A stretch of 64,000 nt of DNA. Source: the human T2T-CHM13v2.0 reference genome, Homo sapiens. The position numbers were made by a program, and so were the translations under genes. The notes beneath the pieces were generated by a model, which searched no databases, was not told where the DNA came from, and saw nothing but the letters and a program-made list of their open reading frames with translations. This document shows positions 63,000 through 64,000 of the stretch, in pieces. Position 1 is the stretch's first letter, and every line of letters starts with the position of its first letter. The stretch is taken from NCBI RefSeq assembly GCF_009914755.1, contig NC_060932.1; one strand, written 5' to 3'.

Positions 63000-64000
63000 A
63001 AGCGATAATTGCCATAATAGGTATGAATTATTTCTATATTTCAAAGATAGATTAATGCTAGACATATCAAAATATGTTAACTACACTGAGAGGTCAAGAT
63101 GAAATACGGACATTCCAATGAATGAATTGTCATAAAGGCAAGGTTCAGCATCCGTTCTTGATTTAAAAAAATTCTTAGTAAAAAGACAAGAACTTTTAAA
63201 AGTTTGACATAACATATCTGAACTCAACTACCGTTAATATTCTTAATGGTAAAATATTTCAGGCATCCCTAGCAAAATAATTGTTTTTAAACTACTAACC
63301 TATACAGTAAGAAAAAACACGTCGATTGCAAACAATGCAGTTGTCAACTTGGAAAATCCAAGAGATTAAACTGAAAAAAATATAAAGGTAGCAAGAATTC
63401 AGAATGGTGGTCCATTAATATATAAAATCAATATCTTTTCTATATTAAAAACGAATCTATCAGATAACAGTGTTGGAAAGAGTCCATTAATAACAGAAAC
63501 TAAAAAGTTAACTAGAAATATACTTTGGGGTAAGAAAGGCCATTTTACCCATGACACTGAATTAGAAACCATAAAGAAAAAGATCAAGTCAGATTTCTGA
63601 CCTTAAAAAAAAAATCTTAACCCAGTAAATGAAATTGTCAGGCAAAAAACAAACTGGAAAAATACTAAGTATATATGAGTTAAAATTAACATATAAAGAG
63701 TTATTGTAGATCAATAAGAAAATGGGTAAAAGTCATGAACAGTTATTTTGTTTAAAAAAATTTAAATAGCCAACAAACACCAAATGTCACATTTTACTGG
63801 TTATGAAAAATCTGATTAAGATGCTAATCCCATTTTACCTGTAAAATCAGAATATATTGAAAACAACCTCTGTGATGGTGGAAGTGTTGTGACCTGGTGT
63901 TCATATGAGATGCAGGTGGAAGTGGAAATCAGTGTTATTTTCTGTAGAGCATTGTGTACCTATATTAGAAAAACCTTAAAAACATGCATCTTGGGCTGTG
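63000..64000 (+). mobile_element. Highly diverged L1ME-like fragments
   Basis: aatatataaaatcaata; aaatgggtaaaagtcatgaacag; aaatagccaacaaaca. Confidence 0.6.

Overview
Primate (almost certainly human) genomic DNA rich in Alu, L1, L2, MIR, LTR and DNA-transposon relics. I find no credible protein-coding exon; the listed ORFs are Alu/L1-derived or chance. The one gene feature is a CpG-island promoter (~42.3-45.0 kb) with an ATG-free first exon ending at CAG|GTCAGT (44001). From memory this matches the COL14A1 5' UTR; I have not verified it by search. If so, 1-42 kb is upstream sequence and 44-64 kb is intron 1. The most unusual signal is an old, near-full-length antisense L1 (15.2-21.4 kb). It contains a composite insertion that copies its own 5' junction, and a short patch of the L1 is copied into the flank. 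It also hosts a ~134-bp twin-primed young L1 with perfect TSDs. Other points are a trimeric Alu inside one TSD pair, an AluYg6, an Alu tail turned into an AT palindrome, co-oriented CTCF motifs, a strong G4, a Z-DNA tract and a candidate upstream 52-nt exon. I see no support for a new coding system. Repeat subfamily calls are by eye and boundaries are approximate.
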